Origin: an uncultured cyanobacterium
GTDB lineage: Bacteria > Cyanobacteriota > Cyanobacteriia > Cyanobacteriales > Nostocaceae
Reading direction: 5' to 3'
DNA: 64,000 nucleotides
Assembly (NCBI GenBank): GCA_963706595.1
Contig: OY970166.1
Coordinates: forward strand, 2,240,001 to 2,304,000
Positions 11,795-22,891 of the stretch are shown one piece after another. Below the pieces are notes generated by a model. That model had not been told where the DNA came from. It did not search any database and worked only from the letters and a program-made list of their open reading frames with translations. Each line of letters begins with the position of its first letter. Position 1 is the first letter of the stretch. The translations under genes were made by a program, and so were the position numbers.

Positions 11795-13339
11795 ATGAAA
11801 ATTGATACATCACAGCCAGTAGATTCTTCATCTTTGATCACAAAGGTGAACAAAAAGAGTCGAAATCATTGGCTATCTTGGTTACTTATTCTCGGACTTG
11901 TGAGTGGTATTGGCTATGCAGTTTATTACCAATTAGCAGTTCGTCCCAGCCAACAAGCCAGACAACGGGTGTTGACACAGCCTGTAGAACGACAGAGTTT
12001 AACAATCACAGTTTCCGCCAATGGCACAGTGAAGCCGGAACGGTCAATTAACCTCAGCCCTAAAAATTCAGGAATATTAAAAGAATTGTTGGTGAAGGAA
12101 GGAGATATCCTCAAACAAGGACAAATTGTCGCTTATATGGACGATTCAAACCTGCAAGGACAACTGATTTCGGCTCGTGGACAACTGGCGCAAGCCCAGG
12201 CAAATCTTCAAAAGTTAGAAGCAGGTAATCGCCCTCAAGATATTGCCCAGGCTCAGGCACAATTAGAAGAAGTACAAGCAAATCTGCGAAGGGCGCAAGC
12301 AGGTAATCGTCCTCAAGAAATTGCCCAAGCCCAAGCCCGTTTAAACAGCGCTCAAACTAATTTAAATAGAACAGAAGATGATCTCCGCCGCAACCAGCAA
12401 CTATACAATGCTGGCGGCATTTCTCTCCAGATTCTCAACCAAATTCGTGCAGACCGTGATAACGCTCAGTCTCAGGTCAATGAAGCCCAGCAAGCATTGG
12501 CGTTGCAACAAGCAGGATCACGTCCTGAAGATATTGACCAACTGAGAGCGACAGTTAGGCAAAGAGAGGAAGCTGTAGGACTTCTGAGAGCCGGAACGCG
12601 CCGCGAAGATATTGATGCCGCTCGCGCTCAAGTGATGTCGGCTCGTGGTTCGCTGCAAAACATTCAAGCTCAAATTAATGACACGATCATTCGCGCTCCT
12701 TTTGATGGTTTGGTAACGAGGAAATTTGCTGACCCTGGGGCTTTTGTCACTCCTACAACTGCTGGTAGTGACGTATCTTCTGCTTCTTCTTCTTCAATTT
12801 TGTCTCTGGCTTCTATTAATGAGGTGGTAACAAGTTTAGCTGAAACTAATATTTCTCAAATTAGCCTTGGTCAACCAGTCACAATTACAGCTGATGCTTA
12901 CCCAGGAGAAACTTTTGCGGGAAAAGTCAGTCAAATCGCGGCTCAAGCTGTAGTGGTGCAGAATGTTACCAGCTTTGAAGTGAGAGTGTCACTGGTAGAC
13001 CCGGAAAGTTTACTGCGGTCAGGAATGAATGTGGAGGCTGAGTTTCAAGTTGAACAAGTGGAAAATGCTTTAGTTGTGCCTACTGCTGCGGTGGTGCGTC
13101 GAGAAGGTGGTACAGGTGTGTTTGTGGCTGGAGTTGATGGAGAACCTGTTTTTACTCGCATTGAGACTGGGGTGACTGAGAATAATTTTACGGAAGTGAA
13201 GTCTGGTTTGTCAGGAGATGAGGAAGTTTTGTTGAGTTTCCCGCCAGGTTCACGTCCACGCTCTACACCACGAGGGGGTATTCTTCCTGGTATGGGTGGG
13301 GGTGGCGGAGGTGGTCGAAATCGCGGCGCTCGCCCTTAA
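11795..13339 (+). CDS. Efflux transporter periplasmic adaptor (MacA/HlyD-like) 1
   Basis: N-terminal TM, long coiled-coil hairpin, IIRAPFDG lipoyl motif, LRSGMNV. Confidence 0.9.
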   Translation: MKIDTSQPVDSSSLITKVNKKSRNHWLSWLLILGLVSGIGYAVYYQLAVRPSQQARQRVLTQPVERQSLTITVSANGTVKPERSINLSPKNSGILKELLVKEGDILKQGQIVAYMDDSNLQGQLISARGQLAQAQANLQKLEAGNRPQDIAQAQAQLEEVQANLRRAQAGNRPQEIAQAQARLNSAQTNLNRTEDDLRRNQQLYNAGGISLQILNQIRADRDNAQSQVNEAQQALALQQAGSRPEDIDQLRATVRQREEAVGLLRAGTRREDIDAARAQVMSARGSLQNIQAQINDTIIRAPFDGLVTRKFADPGAFVTPTTAGSDVSSASSSSILSLASINEVVTSLAETNISQISLGQPVTITADAYPGETFAGKVSQIAAQAVVVQNVTSFEVRVSLVDPESLLRSGMNVEAEFQVEQVENALVVPTAAVVRREGGTGVFVAGVDGEPVFTRIETGVTENNFTEVKSGLSGDEEVLLSFPPGSRPRSTPRGGILPGMGGGGGGGRNRGARP

Positions 13340-13376
13340 TTTTAGTTTTAAATATTATGGATATCTTAGGGGAATT

Positions 13377-14678
13377 GTGAAGATTAGTTTTTTGACGAAC
13401 CGTCAAGTACGCCAAGGAAACCAAGGGAGTTTACAAACTCGTTCTGTGCCGTTGCTAGAAATTTTGTTAATGGCAGTGGAAACCCTGTGGAGTAATAAGT
13501 TACGCACAAGTTTAACGATGTTGGGTGTTATTATTGGTATTGCTTCGGTGATTGCTATTACTTCTGTGGGTCAAGGGGTGCAAAGGGGTGTTGAGCAACA
13601 GATTCAAGCTTTGGGTACTGATGTCATTCAAGTTCTGGCTGGTACTGCTAGAGGAGGTAATGTTCGTCAAGGCTTGGGTTCTAGTAGTACTTTAACTTGG
13701 GAAGATGCTCAGGCGATCGCTACACAAGCCCCATCTGCTGAAATTGTTTCTGCCTATCTCCAACGCAATACACAAGTGGTTTATGGACAACAAAATACTT
13801 CTACAACCGTTTTTGGCACAGATTTAAATTACCCAGAAGCGAGAAATACTTTTCCCCAACAAGGGCGATTTTTTACTCAAGCAGAACTAGATAAAGCTAC
13901 ACAGGTGGCTATTATTGGTCCTACAGTCCAGAGGACACTGTTTGGACAAAATGCCAATGTCATCGGTGAGAGAATCCGCATTCAGGGAGAGCCTTATGAA
14001 GTGATTGGGGTGATGGAACCTAAAGGTTCTCAAGGACCGAATGATCGAGATGACCAAGTTTTTATTCCTCTCACCAGTATGTCGAGCCGAATTGTCGGGA
14101 ACAATGCTCTTACTGGTATTTCTGTGAATGGGATTTTAATTAAATCTGGTAGTCCCGAGCAGTTAGAAGCGGCTCAGTTTCAAGTGACTAATCTGTTACG
14201 CCTACGCCACAATATCTATCCACCACAACCCGATGATTTTCGACTAACTAACCAAGCTGATATTGTTAGCACTTTTACAAATATTGTCGGTTTATTTACA
14301 GTCATGGTAGTGGCGATCGCCGGAATTTCCTTAGTTGTTGGCGGTATCGGCATTGCTAATATTATGCTGGTTTCCGTTGTGGAACGGACGCGGGAAATTG
14401 GCATTCGTAAAGCAGTGGGAGCCACCAATTCAGCCATTCTCAATCAATTTTTAGCCGAAGCGATCGTTATTTCTACATTAGGAGGCGCAATTGGCATGGG
14501 CGGTGGTATTTTGATTGCCTTTGGTGCTGCAACTGTGTTTAAATTTCCCTTTGTAATTTCGGTTCTATCAATCATCGCCGGGTTCGGATTATCTTTAGGC
14601 GTTGGCTTACTTGCTGGTGTAATTCCTGCCCGTAATGCCTCCAAATTAGATCCAATTACCGCTTTAAGAAGCGATTAA
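13377..14678 (+). CDS. ABC transporter permease (MacB/FtsX family) 1
   Basis: NKLRTSLTMLGVIIG, VVERTREIGIRKAVGA, LDPITALR; start uncertain (ORF opens at 13296). Confidence 0.9.
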   Translation: MKISFLTNRQVRQGNQGSLQTRSVPLLEILLMAVETLWSNKLRTSLTMLGVIIGIASVIAITSVGQGVQRGVEQQIQALGTDVIQVLAGTARGGNVRQGLGSSSTLTWEDAQAIATQAPSAEIVSAYLQRNTQVVYGQQNTSTTVFGTDLNYPEARNTFPQQGRFFTQAELDKATQVAIIGPTVQRTLFGQNANVIGERIRIQGEPYEVIGVMEPKGSQGPNDRDDQVFIPLTSMSSRIVGNNALTGISVNGILIKSGSPEQLEAAQFQVTNLLRLRHNIYPPQPDDFRLTNQADIVSTFTNIVGLFTVMVVAIAGISLVVGGIGIANIMLVSVVERTREIGIRKAVGATNSAILNQFLAEAIVISTLGGAIGMGGGILIAFGAATVFKFPFVISVLSIIAGFGLSLGVGLLAGVIPARNASKLDPITALRSD

Positions 14679-14859
14679 TACCATTTCTTTCCTTTCTTTC
14701 CTTTCTTGCCTTTGTGTACTTTGCGTACTAGCGCCCTGGGGGCATACGCTGCGCGGTAAGCGAAGCTATGCCGAAGGCTTTATGCGGTTCGTTCCTCAAA
14801 TACTCAGCATTCACGCCGAAGCCATCATACAGAATTGATATAACTAATTCATAAATTAT

Positions 14860-15531
14860 ATGACCACAATGATTTGGATGGAGTCCATCACCAAAACTTA
14901 CCATCTAGGAGAAATGACTGTTCCTATACTCAAGGGGATTCAACTCTCCATAGAAGAAGGGGAATATGTCTCAATTATGGGTGCTTCTGGTTCGGGGAAA
15001 TCTACCTTGATGAATATTGTCGGGTGTCTGGATCGCCCCACGGCGGGAAACTATATTTTTGAAGGCAGAAATTTAACTACTTTCGATGATGATGAATTAG
15101 CATATATCCGTAACCAAAGAATTGGTTTTGTTTTCCAACAATTTAATTTATTAGCCAGGGCGACAGCACTAGAAAACGTGATGCTACCAATGATTTATGC
15201 TAATTTACCCAAGCCAAAACGTCGTGAACGGGCATTGTCAGCATTACAAAGGGTGGGACTAGGCGATCGCATCTCTAACCGTCCTAATCAACTCTCTGGG
15301 GGGCAACAGCAACGAGTGGCGATCGCTCGTGCTTTGGTGAATCGTCCAGCTTTGGTTTTGGCGGATGAACCCACGGGTGCTTTAGATACCGAGACTTCCC
15401 ACGATGTGATGAATTTACTCACAGAACTGAATGAGCAAGGAATCACCATTGTGATTGTGACTCACGAGCCAGATATTGCGGCTCAAACCAAAAGAATTAT
15501 TCGTGTTCAGGATGGTTTGATAGTAGGCTAA
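14860..15531 (+). CDS. ABC transporter ATP-binding protein (MacB/LolD-like)
   Basis: [30 protein letters not shown]. Confidence 0.95.
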   Translation: MTTMIWMESITKTYHLGEMTVPILKGIQLSIEEGEYVSIMGASGSGKSTLMNIVGCLDRPTAGNYIFEGRNLTTFDDDELAYIRNQRIGFVFQQFNLLARATALENVMLPMIYANLPKPKRRERALSALQRVGLGDRISNRPNQLSGGQQQRVAIARALVNRPALVLADEPTGALDTETSHDVMNLLTELNEQGITIVIVTHEPDIAAQTKRIIRVQDGLIVG

Positions 15532-15581
15532 TTCAGTACGATAATTTTTATAGCTGAGAAACCTGATACTAGTCTAAGAAT

Positions 15582-16997
15582 ATGAATTTTAGCTTATTTT
15601 GTGTGCATTCTACCGGGATGGCTGTGGCGATCGCTCTTCTGGTTCCCAGTTTAGCTGGAAGTGTAACTGCTCAAACTCCCCCAGAAATTCCGGCTGATGC
15701 TGTGCAAGTTCCCGATTTTCTCAACCCTAATCCTAATCCTCTGCTGTTTCCCACTCGCCCAGAAGAAGTGAGAATTCAGCGCACTCAGCCGATATCTTTA
15801 GCTGAGGCTTTGGAACTAGCAAAACGCCAAAATCGAGATTTACAGGTAGCAATCTTAGAACTAGAACGTAGTCGCTCGGCATTACGGGAGTCTCAAGCTG
15901 TTTTGTTTCCGAATGTTAATGTCAATAGTAGCTTGACTAACAGAGGTGACGGTTTTACTGGTGACGCATCTCAATCTAGCACTACTTTCAATGGTCAAGC
16001 ACAAATAAATTATGACCTGTTTACTTCTGGTAATCGTCAAGCTAGCATCCGCGCGGCTGAGGAACAGCTACGGATAGATGAGTTAGATGTAGAAAATCGG
16101 TCTTTAGAAATTCAACTGAATGTCACTACTCAATATTACGATTTGCAAGAAGCAGATGAATTAGTCAGAATTAATCAGTCGGCTGTGGCAAATTCCCAGG
16201 CTAGTTTGCGGGATGCTCAAGCTAGGGAACGAGCCGGAGTTGGTACGCGGTTCGATGTGCTGCAATCTCAGGTAAATTTGGCTAATGCTCAACAAAGCCT
16301 GACTAATTCTCTTTCACGACAGCGAATTGCCCGTCGTCGGTTTGCTGCTTTGTTAAATTTGGCACAATCAGCCGAAGTTAGCGCCGCAGATGCTGTCCAA
16401 GTGGCGGGACTTTGGCAACAAACTTTGGAAGAATCTATTATCCAAGCGTTTCAGAACCGTCCAGAATTACAACAGGTTTTGGCACAACGGAATATTTCGG
16501 AACAACAGCGACGACAAGCTATTTCACAGCTAAGGCCGCAAGTGAGTTTGAATGGCAATTACAACGTCTTAGACCGCTTTGACGATGGACTCAGCCTGAC
16601 TGATGGTTATTCTGTGGGAATCAGAGCTAGTTTAACTTTATTCGATGGGGGAGCAGCTAAAGCCAGAGCAGCTCAATCTAAAGTTAATATTGCGATCGCC
16701 CAAAGTCAATTTGCGAGTCAGCGTGAAGGAATTCGCTTTGATGTGGAACAATTCTATGCTCAATTACAGTCAAATCTAGATAACATCCAAACTTCTGGCG
16801 TGGCTTTAAATCAAGCCAGGGAAGCTCTGAGTTTAGCCAGATTGCGCTTTGAAGCTGGCGTTGGAACTCAAACAGATGTGATTTTTGCTGAAAACGATTT
16901 GACAAGAGCTGAAGGTAATCGAGTCTCAGCAATTTTAGATTACAATCGCGCTTTGGCTAATTTACAAAGAACTGTCACATTCAGGAGTGCCAGATAA
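15582..16997 (+). CDS. TolC-family outer-membrane efflux protein
   Basis: Signal peptide, two OEP half-repeats (AGVGTRFDV / AGVGTQTDV). Confidence 0.88.
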   Translation: MNFSLFCVHSTGMAVAIALLVPSLAGSVTAQTPPEIPADAVQVPDFLNPNPNPLLFPTRPEEVRIQRTQPISLAEALELAKRQNRDLQVAILELERSRSALRESQAVLFPNVNVNSSLTNRGDGFTGDASQSSTTFNGQAQINYDLFTSGNRQASIRAAEEQLRIDELDVENRSLEIQLNVTTQYYDLQEADELVRINQSAVANSQASLRDAQARERAGVGTRFDVLQSQVNLANAQQSLTNSLSRQRIARRRFAALLNLAQSAEVSAADAVQVAGLWQQTLEESIIQAFQNRPELQQVLAQRNISEQQRRQAISQLRPQVSLNGNYNVLDRFDDGLSLTDGYSVGIRASLTLFDGGAAKARAAQSKVNIAIAQSQFASQREGIRFDVEQFYAQLQSNLDNIQTSGVALNQAREALSLARLRFEAGVGTQTDVIFAENDLTRAEGNRVSAILDYNRALANLQRTVTFRSAR

Positions 16998-17118
16998 GTA
17001 GGTTGGTGTTCAAAATAGTCGTTGGGGCAAGGTAGGGAGCAGGGAACAGGGGGAAAAAGGGTTTCACCCCTATTTACTTTTCTGCATACATTTTGGTGAT
17101 CTCACCTCCACCTACTTA
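16995..17118. mobile_element. MITE-like element
   Basis: Terminal inverted repeats TAAGTAGGT / ACCTACTTA around a GCAGGGA-type interior; left end overlaps the tolC stop. Confidence 0.5.
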
Positions 17119-17315
17119 ATTAAACTGGCAAAGTTAGTCTATCAGGCGAAGGCGTAAACAAAGACTAAAAGCTAATATAAAGAAAGATTAAGCAATCATC
17201 AAGCTGATTTTCAGTCTAGTTGTTGAGTCTATGGATAAATATGGGTATTTAGTCCACACGTCTTTTAAACTCCTGCACTTGCTTGATCACAAGTGATATT
17301 CGTAGGCTAATATTT

Positions 17316-18782
17316 ATGGTTAGGCAAATCGAAGTTCCCCTGATTGGGAAAGTTAAATATCCCCTACGCTGGGGAATTGGGTTAATAGTTGCAGGTTCTT
17401 TAGCTGTGGGTACAACTATTACCTATAATCTGGCAAATCAGAGAACTCGTGAACAAAGTATTACCGAATTAACTGTGCCGGTAGAAGCACAAAATGTGAC
17501 TTTAAGGATTACCGCCAGTGGTAAAGTGGTGCCGGTTCAAAGTGTGAATATTAGTCCCAAAAACCCCGGTGTGCTGGCAGAGTTATATGTGGAACAAGGC
17601 GATCGCGTGTCACAAGGCCAAGTTCTGGCGCGGATGGATGTAGGCGACATCGAAGCGCAAATTCTCCAGCAACGTGCCAATTTAGCTCAGGCACAGGCAC
17701 AATTAGACCAAGCCCGTGCGGGGAGTCGTCCGCAAGAAATACAGCAAGCTCAGGCGCGTTTAGCCCAAGCTGAAGCACAGTTAAGTCAAGCCCGTGCGGG
17801 GAATCGTGATCAGGAAATTGCTCAAGCCCAGGCTCAGGTAAATTCAGCCCAGGCCCAGGTAACTCTCACGCAATCACGGGTCAAGCGTTATCAAGAATTA
17901 ACCCAGCAAGGGGCGACTTCTCAAGACCAATTGGATCAGTTTATTAGTGAAGACCAAAGGGCAAAAGCGAGTTTAGATGAAGCCCAAAAACGACTATCAT
18001 TGTTAGAAGTTGGTAGTCGGAATGAAGAAATTACAGCCAGAGAAGCTGCTGTTACCGAAGCCCGCGCCGCATTGGTACTGTTAGAAAATGGCAGTCGTCC
18101 AGAGGAAATTGCTCAACGTTTAGCAGCAGTGAAAGGGGCGGAAGCTCAAATTCAAGCGGCCGAGGTGAGGCTGCAAGATACTGTGATTCGTGCGCCCTTC
18201 TCCGGAATTGTCACCCAGAAATACGCCAATATTGGTGCTTTTGTGACTCCGACAACTTCCGCTTCTACCAGTGCATCGGCAACTTCTAGTTCCATTGTGG
18301 CAGTTGCACGGGGTTTAGAGGTGTTGGCGCAAGTCCCAGAGGTGGATATTAGCAGAATTGCAGAGGGACAACAGGTAGAAATTGTGGCTGATGCCTATCC
18401 TGATCAAGTATTTAAAGGTAATGTGCGTTTGATTGCTCCCGAAGCGGTGGTGGAACAAGGTGTAACATCCTTTCAAGTGCGGGTAGCTCTGGATACGGGT
18501 ACAGAAAAACTGCGTTCTGGCTTAAATGTGGATTTGACTTTTTTAGGCGATCGCCTCAGTGATGCTTTGGTATTACCCACGGTAGCAATTGTCACCGAAC
18601 AGGGTAAAACTGGTGTCTTAGTCGCAGATGACCAAAATCAACCCCTGTTTCAGGAAGTGACTATTGGGGCGCAAATCGAAGACCAAACTCAAATTTTACA
18701 GGGAGTGAAACAAGGCGATCGCGTATTTATCAACCCACCGCCAGACTACAAAAAGGGGCGGAATCAACCGCGTCTACCTTGA
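17316..18782 (+). CDS. Efflux transporter periplasmic adaptor (MacA/HlyD-like) 2
   Basis: Paralogue of 11795-13339 (SPKNPG, VIRAPFSG, GAFVTPTT); ORF opens at 17283. Confidence 0.9.
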   Translation: MVRQIEVPLIGKVKYPLRWGIGLIVAGSLAVGTTITYNLANQRTREQSITELTVPVEAQNVTLRITASGKVVPVQSVNISPKNPGVLAELYVEQGDRVSQGQVLARMDVGDIEAQILQQRANLAQAQAQLDQARAGSRPQEIQQAQARLAQAEAQLSQARAGNRDQEIAQAQAQVNSAQAQVTLTQSRVKRYQELTQQGATSQDQLDQFISEDQRAKASLDEAQKRLSLLEVGSRNEEITAREAAVTEARAALVLLENGSRPEEIAQRLAAVKGAEAQIQAAEVRLQDTVIRAPFSGIVTQKYANIGAFVTPTTSASTSASATSSSIVAVARGLEVLAQVPEVDISRIAEGQQVEIVADAYPDQVFKGNVRLIAPEAVVEQGVTSFQVRVALDTGTEKLRSGLNVDLTFLGDRLSDALVLPTVAIVTEQGKTGVLVADDQNQPLFQEVTIGAQIEDQTQILQGVKQGDRVFINPPPDYKKGRNQPRLP

Positions 18783-18882
18783 AAACCATAGTTTTTTATC
18801 ATGAGGTTAAAGTTTAGAACTCAAGCTACAACCGAATCATATACTCTGCTCAAAAACTTCAGGTTTCAATATGGACGGGGTT

Positions 18883-19012
18883 TAAGGGACTTCCAATTAA
18901 AAAAATATCCCATTGCTGAGGTAGGCAGGGGAGCAGGGAGCAGGGAGCAGGGGGGATAAAGAACAAAGATGGTCTAATGAAATGGGGCAATTTATTTTCT
19001 GGAAGTCCCTAA
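18883..19012. mobile_element. MITE-like element with TAA flanks
   Basis: TAA-GGGACTTCCA ... TGGAAGTCCC-TAA; interior GCAGGGA tandem. Confidence 0.6.
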
Positions 19013-19061
19013 TCAATAACAATTTTGGTGCATCTCTGAAAATTACAAATTACGAATTAGT

Positions 19062-20279
19062 ATGAATATTTTAGAAAGTATGCAAATGGCAGGAAAAACC
19101 CTGCTATCTAATAAGTTGCGTAGCGCCTTGACTATGTTGGGGATTGTGATTGGTAATGCTTCAGTAATTGCCATGATTGGGATTGGTGAAGGTGGACAAA
19201 GGTTTGTTAACCAACAGCTAGAATCTTTAGGACCAAATGTGTTATTTGTCATCCCCGGAAATCGTGCCACACAGCGCGTCTCTAGAGAAGTACCGAAAAC
19301 TTTAGTATTTGAAGATGCTAAGGCGATCGAGAGTCAAGTGCCAACGGTAGCAGCAGTCACAGGAGAGTTGAATAGTAGACAGGTACTCACATATAGCAAT
19401 CAAAACAGTAATGTGAATATTGTTGGCACAACTCCCTCTTTTTTGACTGTGCGTGACTTTGAAATGGCCACAGGGCGATTTTTTACTGATATAGATATGA
19501 AGCGGAATAACCAAGTTGTGGTAATAGGCGCAGACTTGGCAGAAAGATTATTTGGTAATAGTAACCCTATCGGTGAGAAGTTGCGGATCAGAAATACCAG
19601 TTTTCAAGTAATTGGAGTATTAGAAAGCAAAGGCTCAAACTTAGGTGTGAATTACGATGAAGCGGCGTTAATTCCATTGGTGACAATGGCGAACAGAATT
19701 GTGGGGCGAACTTCTCCCTTTGGATTAGAGTTAACTTATATTGTGATCTCAGCTAACGATGCCGATAGTGTGGATGCAGCCAAGTTTCAAATTACTAATT
19801 TGCTGCGTTTGCGGCACAAAATTACTGGGGAAGATGATTTCACAATCAATACTCAAAAGGATGCTTTGGAAACCGTTGGTCAAATTTCCAGTGCATTAAC
19901 TGTTATGCTGGCTGCGATCGCCGGGATATCATTATTTGTGGGTGGTATTGGCATCATGAATATTATGCTAGTTTCCGTCACCGAACGCACCCAAGAAATC
20001 GGATTGCGGAAGGCAATTGGCGCAACTGAACAAGATATTTTACTTCAGTTTATGATTGAAGCGGTGATAGTTTCCGTCATCGGTGGTTTAGTTGGGACTG
20101 CGGTGGGTGTGAGTGGTATTGTATTAGTAGCAGTAGTAACTCCCTTAGAAGCTGCAATTTCTCCCATTGCGATCGCCACAGCCGTGGGTGTATCTGGTGG
20201 TATAGGTTTATTTTTTGGTGTTGTTCCCGCCCGGCGTGCTGCTCAACTTGACCCGATTGTAGCCCTCAGAAGTGCTTAG
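19062..20279 (+). CDS. ABC transporter permease (MacB/FtsX family) 2
   Basis: NKLRSALTMLGIVIG, VTERTQEIGLRKAIGA, LDPIVALR. Confidence 0.9.
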   Translation: MNILESMQMAGKTLLSNKLRSALTMLGIVIGNASVIAMIGIGEGGQRFVNQQLESLGPNVLFVIPGNRATQRVSREVPKTLVFEDAKAIESQVPTVAAVTGELNSRQVLTYSNQNSNVNIVGTTPSFLTVRDFEMATGRFFTDIDMKRNNQVVVIGADLAERLFGNSNPIGEKLRIRNTSFQVIGVLESKGSNLGVNYDEAALIPLVTMANRIVGRTSPFGLELTYIVISANDADSVDAAKFQITNLLRLRHKITGEDDFTINTQKDALETVGQISSALTVMLAAIAGISLFVGGIGIMNIMLVSVTERTQEIGLRKAIGATEQDILLQFMIEAVIVSVIGGLVGTAVGVSGIVLVAVVTPLEAAISPIAIATAVGVSGGIGLFFGVVPARRAAQLDPIVALRSA

Positions 20280-20602
20280 AGTCGCTAATTAAGTTGATCT
20301 GGATCGCAAAAATCAAAGTAGGAGAAATGGCCCCGATAGCCGACGTTATTCCCATTTTTAAGTCGATTACGGGTATTTATGAGCAGATTATGTCTAAGCG
20401 ATCGCGTACCCTGATGATCACCTAACCTGAAGGAAACAATGGATAAAGTTGAGATGAGACGCATTGAACCGAAATCCTAGTTTAGCGAAGTAGAAGACCC
20501 TGTAAAAGTTATTCACAAAATCTATCTATAGATATTTCCTACAAATAGGCGATCGCCATTAAACTGCTCAGAATATGTTCAAATTTTATACATATTTTGT
20601 AG

Positions 20603-21913
20603 ATGATAGATATTTACATTCTTGAACTACTGCTTATTGGTCTACTGTTACTAGTAGTTACACTAGGGTCAGGTTGGATTAAGCGCTTACCACTTTCTTT
20701 TGCACTAATATATCTATTAATGGGTATATTTTTAGGTTCTGAAGGCATAGGAATCATCCAACTGAGAGAAAATCAGGTATTTAATGCCAAAATACTCGAA
20801 AGACTAACAGAGTTTGTCGTGATTGTTTCTGTATTTAGTTGTGGTTTGAAAATTATCCATCCCCGACGCTGGAGAGTGTGGAATATCACAGCAAGGTTGA
20901 TTGGCTTATTAATGCCGATTTCTATCTTTGGCTTGGCAATAGTCGGGAGATTATTTTTAGGAATGAATTGGGGAGAAGCAATCTTATTAGGAGCAATTCT
21001 TGCCCCCACTGACCCAGTATTAGCTTCAGAAGTACAACTAACAGATACTAACGATAGAGATGAATTACGCTTTGGTTTAACCTCTGAAGGCGGGTTAAAT
21101 GATGCTTTGGCTTTTCCTTTTGTTTATTTTGGGATTCATGCCATTCAAGATAATAATTGGCAAAACTGGTTTAAGGATTGGTTAATAATTGATGTGCTGT
21201 GGGCAATTACATCTGGGATTGTGATGGGTTTTTTGGTAGCTAAACTCATCGTTTGGGTTGACCAAAAAATTCAAAAAAAGCGTTCTGCTGATGTACACAT
21301 GGAATATTTTGTTGCTATTAGTGCAATTTTAATTACCTATTCTTTAACAGAAATTATCAATGGTTATGGATTTCTAGCAGTATTTGTGGCTGGTTTGATT
21401 ACCCAAGACAGTTACAGAAATCCTGACAAGCCAATGGCACAATTAGAATTTATTGAACGACTAGAAAGATTATTGGAAGTAGGGATAATTTTATTATTGG
21501 GAACAATATTATTATGGCAACCAATGCTTCATTATGCCTCTCATTCTTTAATAGTCATAGTTTTATTATTTTTTGTAATTCGACCTCTAGGAGCTTGGAT
21601 TAGTACAATTGGTCAACGTCCCTTACACTCCCAACGTCGTAATTTTCATCCTGCAACTCGTTGGTTATTTGGCTGGTTTGGTATTCGGGGCGTAGGCTCT
21701 TTATATTATCTGGCCTATTCCTTTAGTCATGGCTTAAAAGGAGAGGTTGGTGAACAGATATCTTGGATAATTTACAATACTGTGGTATGTTCTGTAATTT
21801 TACATGGCATTTCTGCTACACCCTTAATGAACTGGTATGAACATCAGGTTGCTGCAAAACGATCTCTGGTTCACAGTACGATGAGTGAATTAGAAGATAA
21901 TTCTCGAAATTAA
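20603..21913 (+). CDS. Cation:proton antiporter (NhaP/CPA1 family)
   Basis: Many TMs; GAILAPTDPV, EGGLND, WFGIRG motifs. Confidence 0.88.
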   Translation: MIDIYILELLLIGLLLLVVTLGSGWIKRLPLSFALIYLLMGIFLGSEGIGIIQLRENQVFNAKILERLTEFVVIVSVFSCGLKIIHPRRWRVWNITARLIGLLMPISIFGLAIVGRLFLGMNWGEAILLGAILAPTDPVLASEVQLTDTNDRDELRFGLTSEGGLNDALAFPFVYFGIHAIQDNNWQNWFKDWLIIDVLWAITSGIVMGFLVAKLIVWVDQKIQKKRSADVHMEYFVAISAILITYSLTEIINGYGFLAVFVAGLITQDSYRNPDKPMAQLEFIERLERLLEVGIILLLGTILLWQPMLHYASHSLIVIVLLFFVIRPLGAWISTIGQRPLHSQRRNFHPATRWLFGWFGIRGVGSLYYLAYSFSHGLKGEVGEQISWIIYNTVVCSVILHGISATPLMNWYEHQVAAKRSLVHSTMSELEDNSRN

Positions 21914-22102
21914 AGAGCCTATCCCACTCATCTGAGATCGACTTGATCAAACTTGTTGCTGGTTGATGTCTCCAGCATAAGCAGTTAAGGCGATCGCTAG
22001 CATCTGTGCCAGATCGCATGAATTTTCCGGTACATGAAAATCATTTCTGTAGCTTCACTCATACCAATTTCAGCGATCGCCTGGTGTTTTTTTTCGATGA
22101 TG

Positions 22103-22666
22103 CTATTCTGTTAACCAACTAAAAAGTTTACCCACAGTCAGGTTGAATGATTCTGCAAAGGGTGGGACAGGTAAGCGATCGCTTTCTAGTTCAAAAACTG
22201 CAAGGGTGCGATTAGCAAAATAGGCAAATACTACTTCTTCTTCTGGATCAATCAACCAGCCCATCTGAGTTCCGTGGTTGAGACAGTGGAGAATGTTACG
22301 GACGACTTTGGTTTGGCTTTGGTCAGGGGAAAGGATTTCAATTGTCCAGTCTGGTGCGATCGCGAAGGTGTTGGATACTTTACCATTATCGTCGCGGGGG
22401 ATGCGTTCCCATGTAAAAACTGCGATATCAGGAACAATGGATCTACCCCCAAAGGTACAGCGTAGTTCTGAATAAGCACGGGCGATATGCTGGGGTTTCA
22501 GAGTTAAATTGATATCCGCACCAAGGTCAACTTGAAGGGTGCTGTGTTTTCCCTGGGGCATAGGTTTTTGAATAATCTGACCGTCTATAAATTCGCTAGC
22601 TGGTTTGGTTTCCGGTTGTTGGAGGAATTCTTCTAGGGTTAAGGGTTTGGTGGGGGTTTGAACCAT
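22103..22666 (-). CDS. Uma2 family endonuclease
   Basis: EFIDGQIIQKPMPQGKH, PDIAV, PDWTIEILSP, GWLIDP. Confidence 0.9.
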   Translation of the reverse strand: MVQTPTKPLTLEEFLQQPETKPASEFIDGQIIQKPMPQGKHSTLQVDLGADINLTLKPQHIARAYSELRCTFGGRSIVPDIAVFTWERIPRDDNGKVSNTFAIAPDWTIEILSPDQSQTKVVRNILHCLNHGTQMGWLIDPEEEVVFAYFANRTLAVFELESDRLPVPPFAESFNLTVGKLFSWLTE

Positions 22667-22891
22667 AATTCACCTGCATCTTAATTATTAGCTTGATATC
22701 TTTGTTAATAAGATTCCTAAAATTTGAGTAATTTATTAGTGTTCAGAGTTAAATCCGGTGGGTATAAAAACTGCTTAAATTGTAATTTCAATTTTTATAT
22801 AAACGCCTTAGAAATTATTATTATAATTCTTTCTAACACATTGATCCGTATCTCAATTAGATGTAAAATAAATCATGCCATTTATATATTT

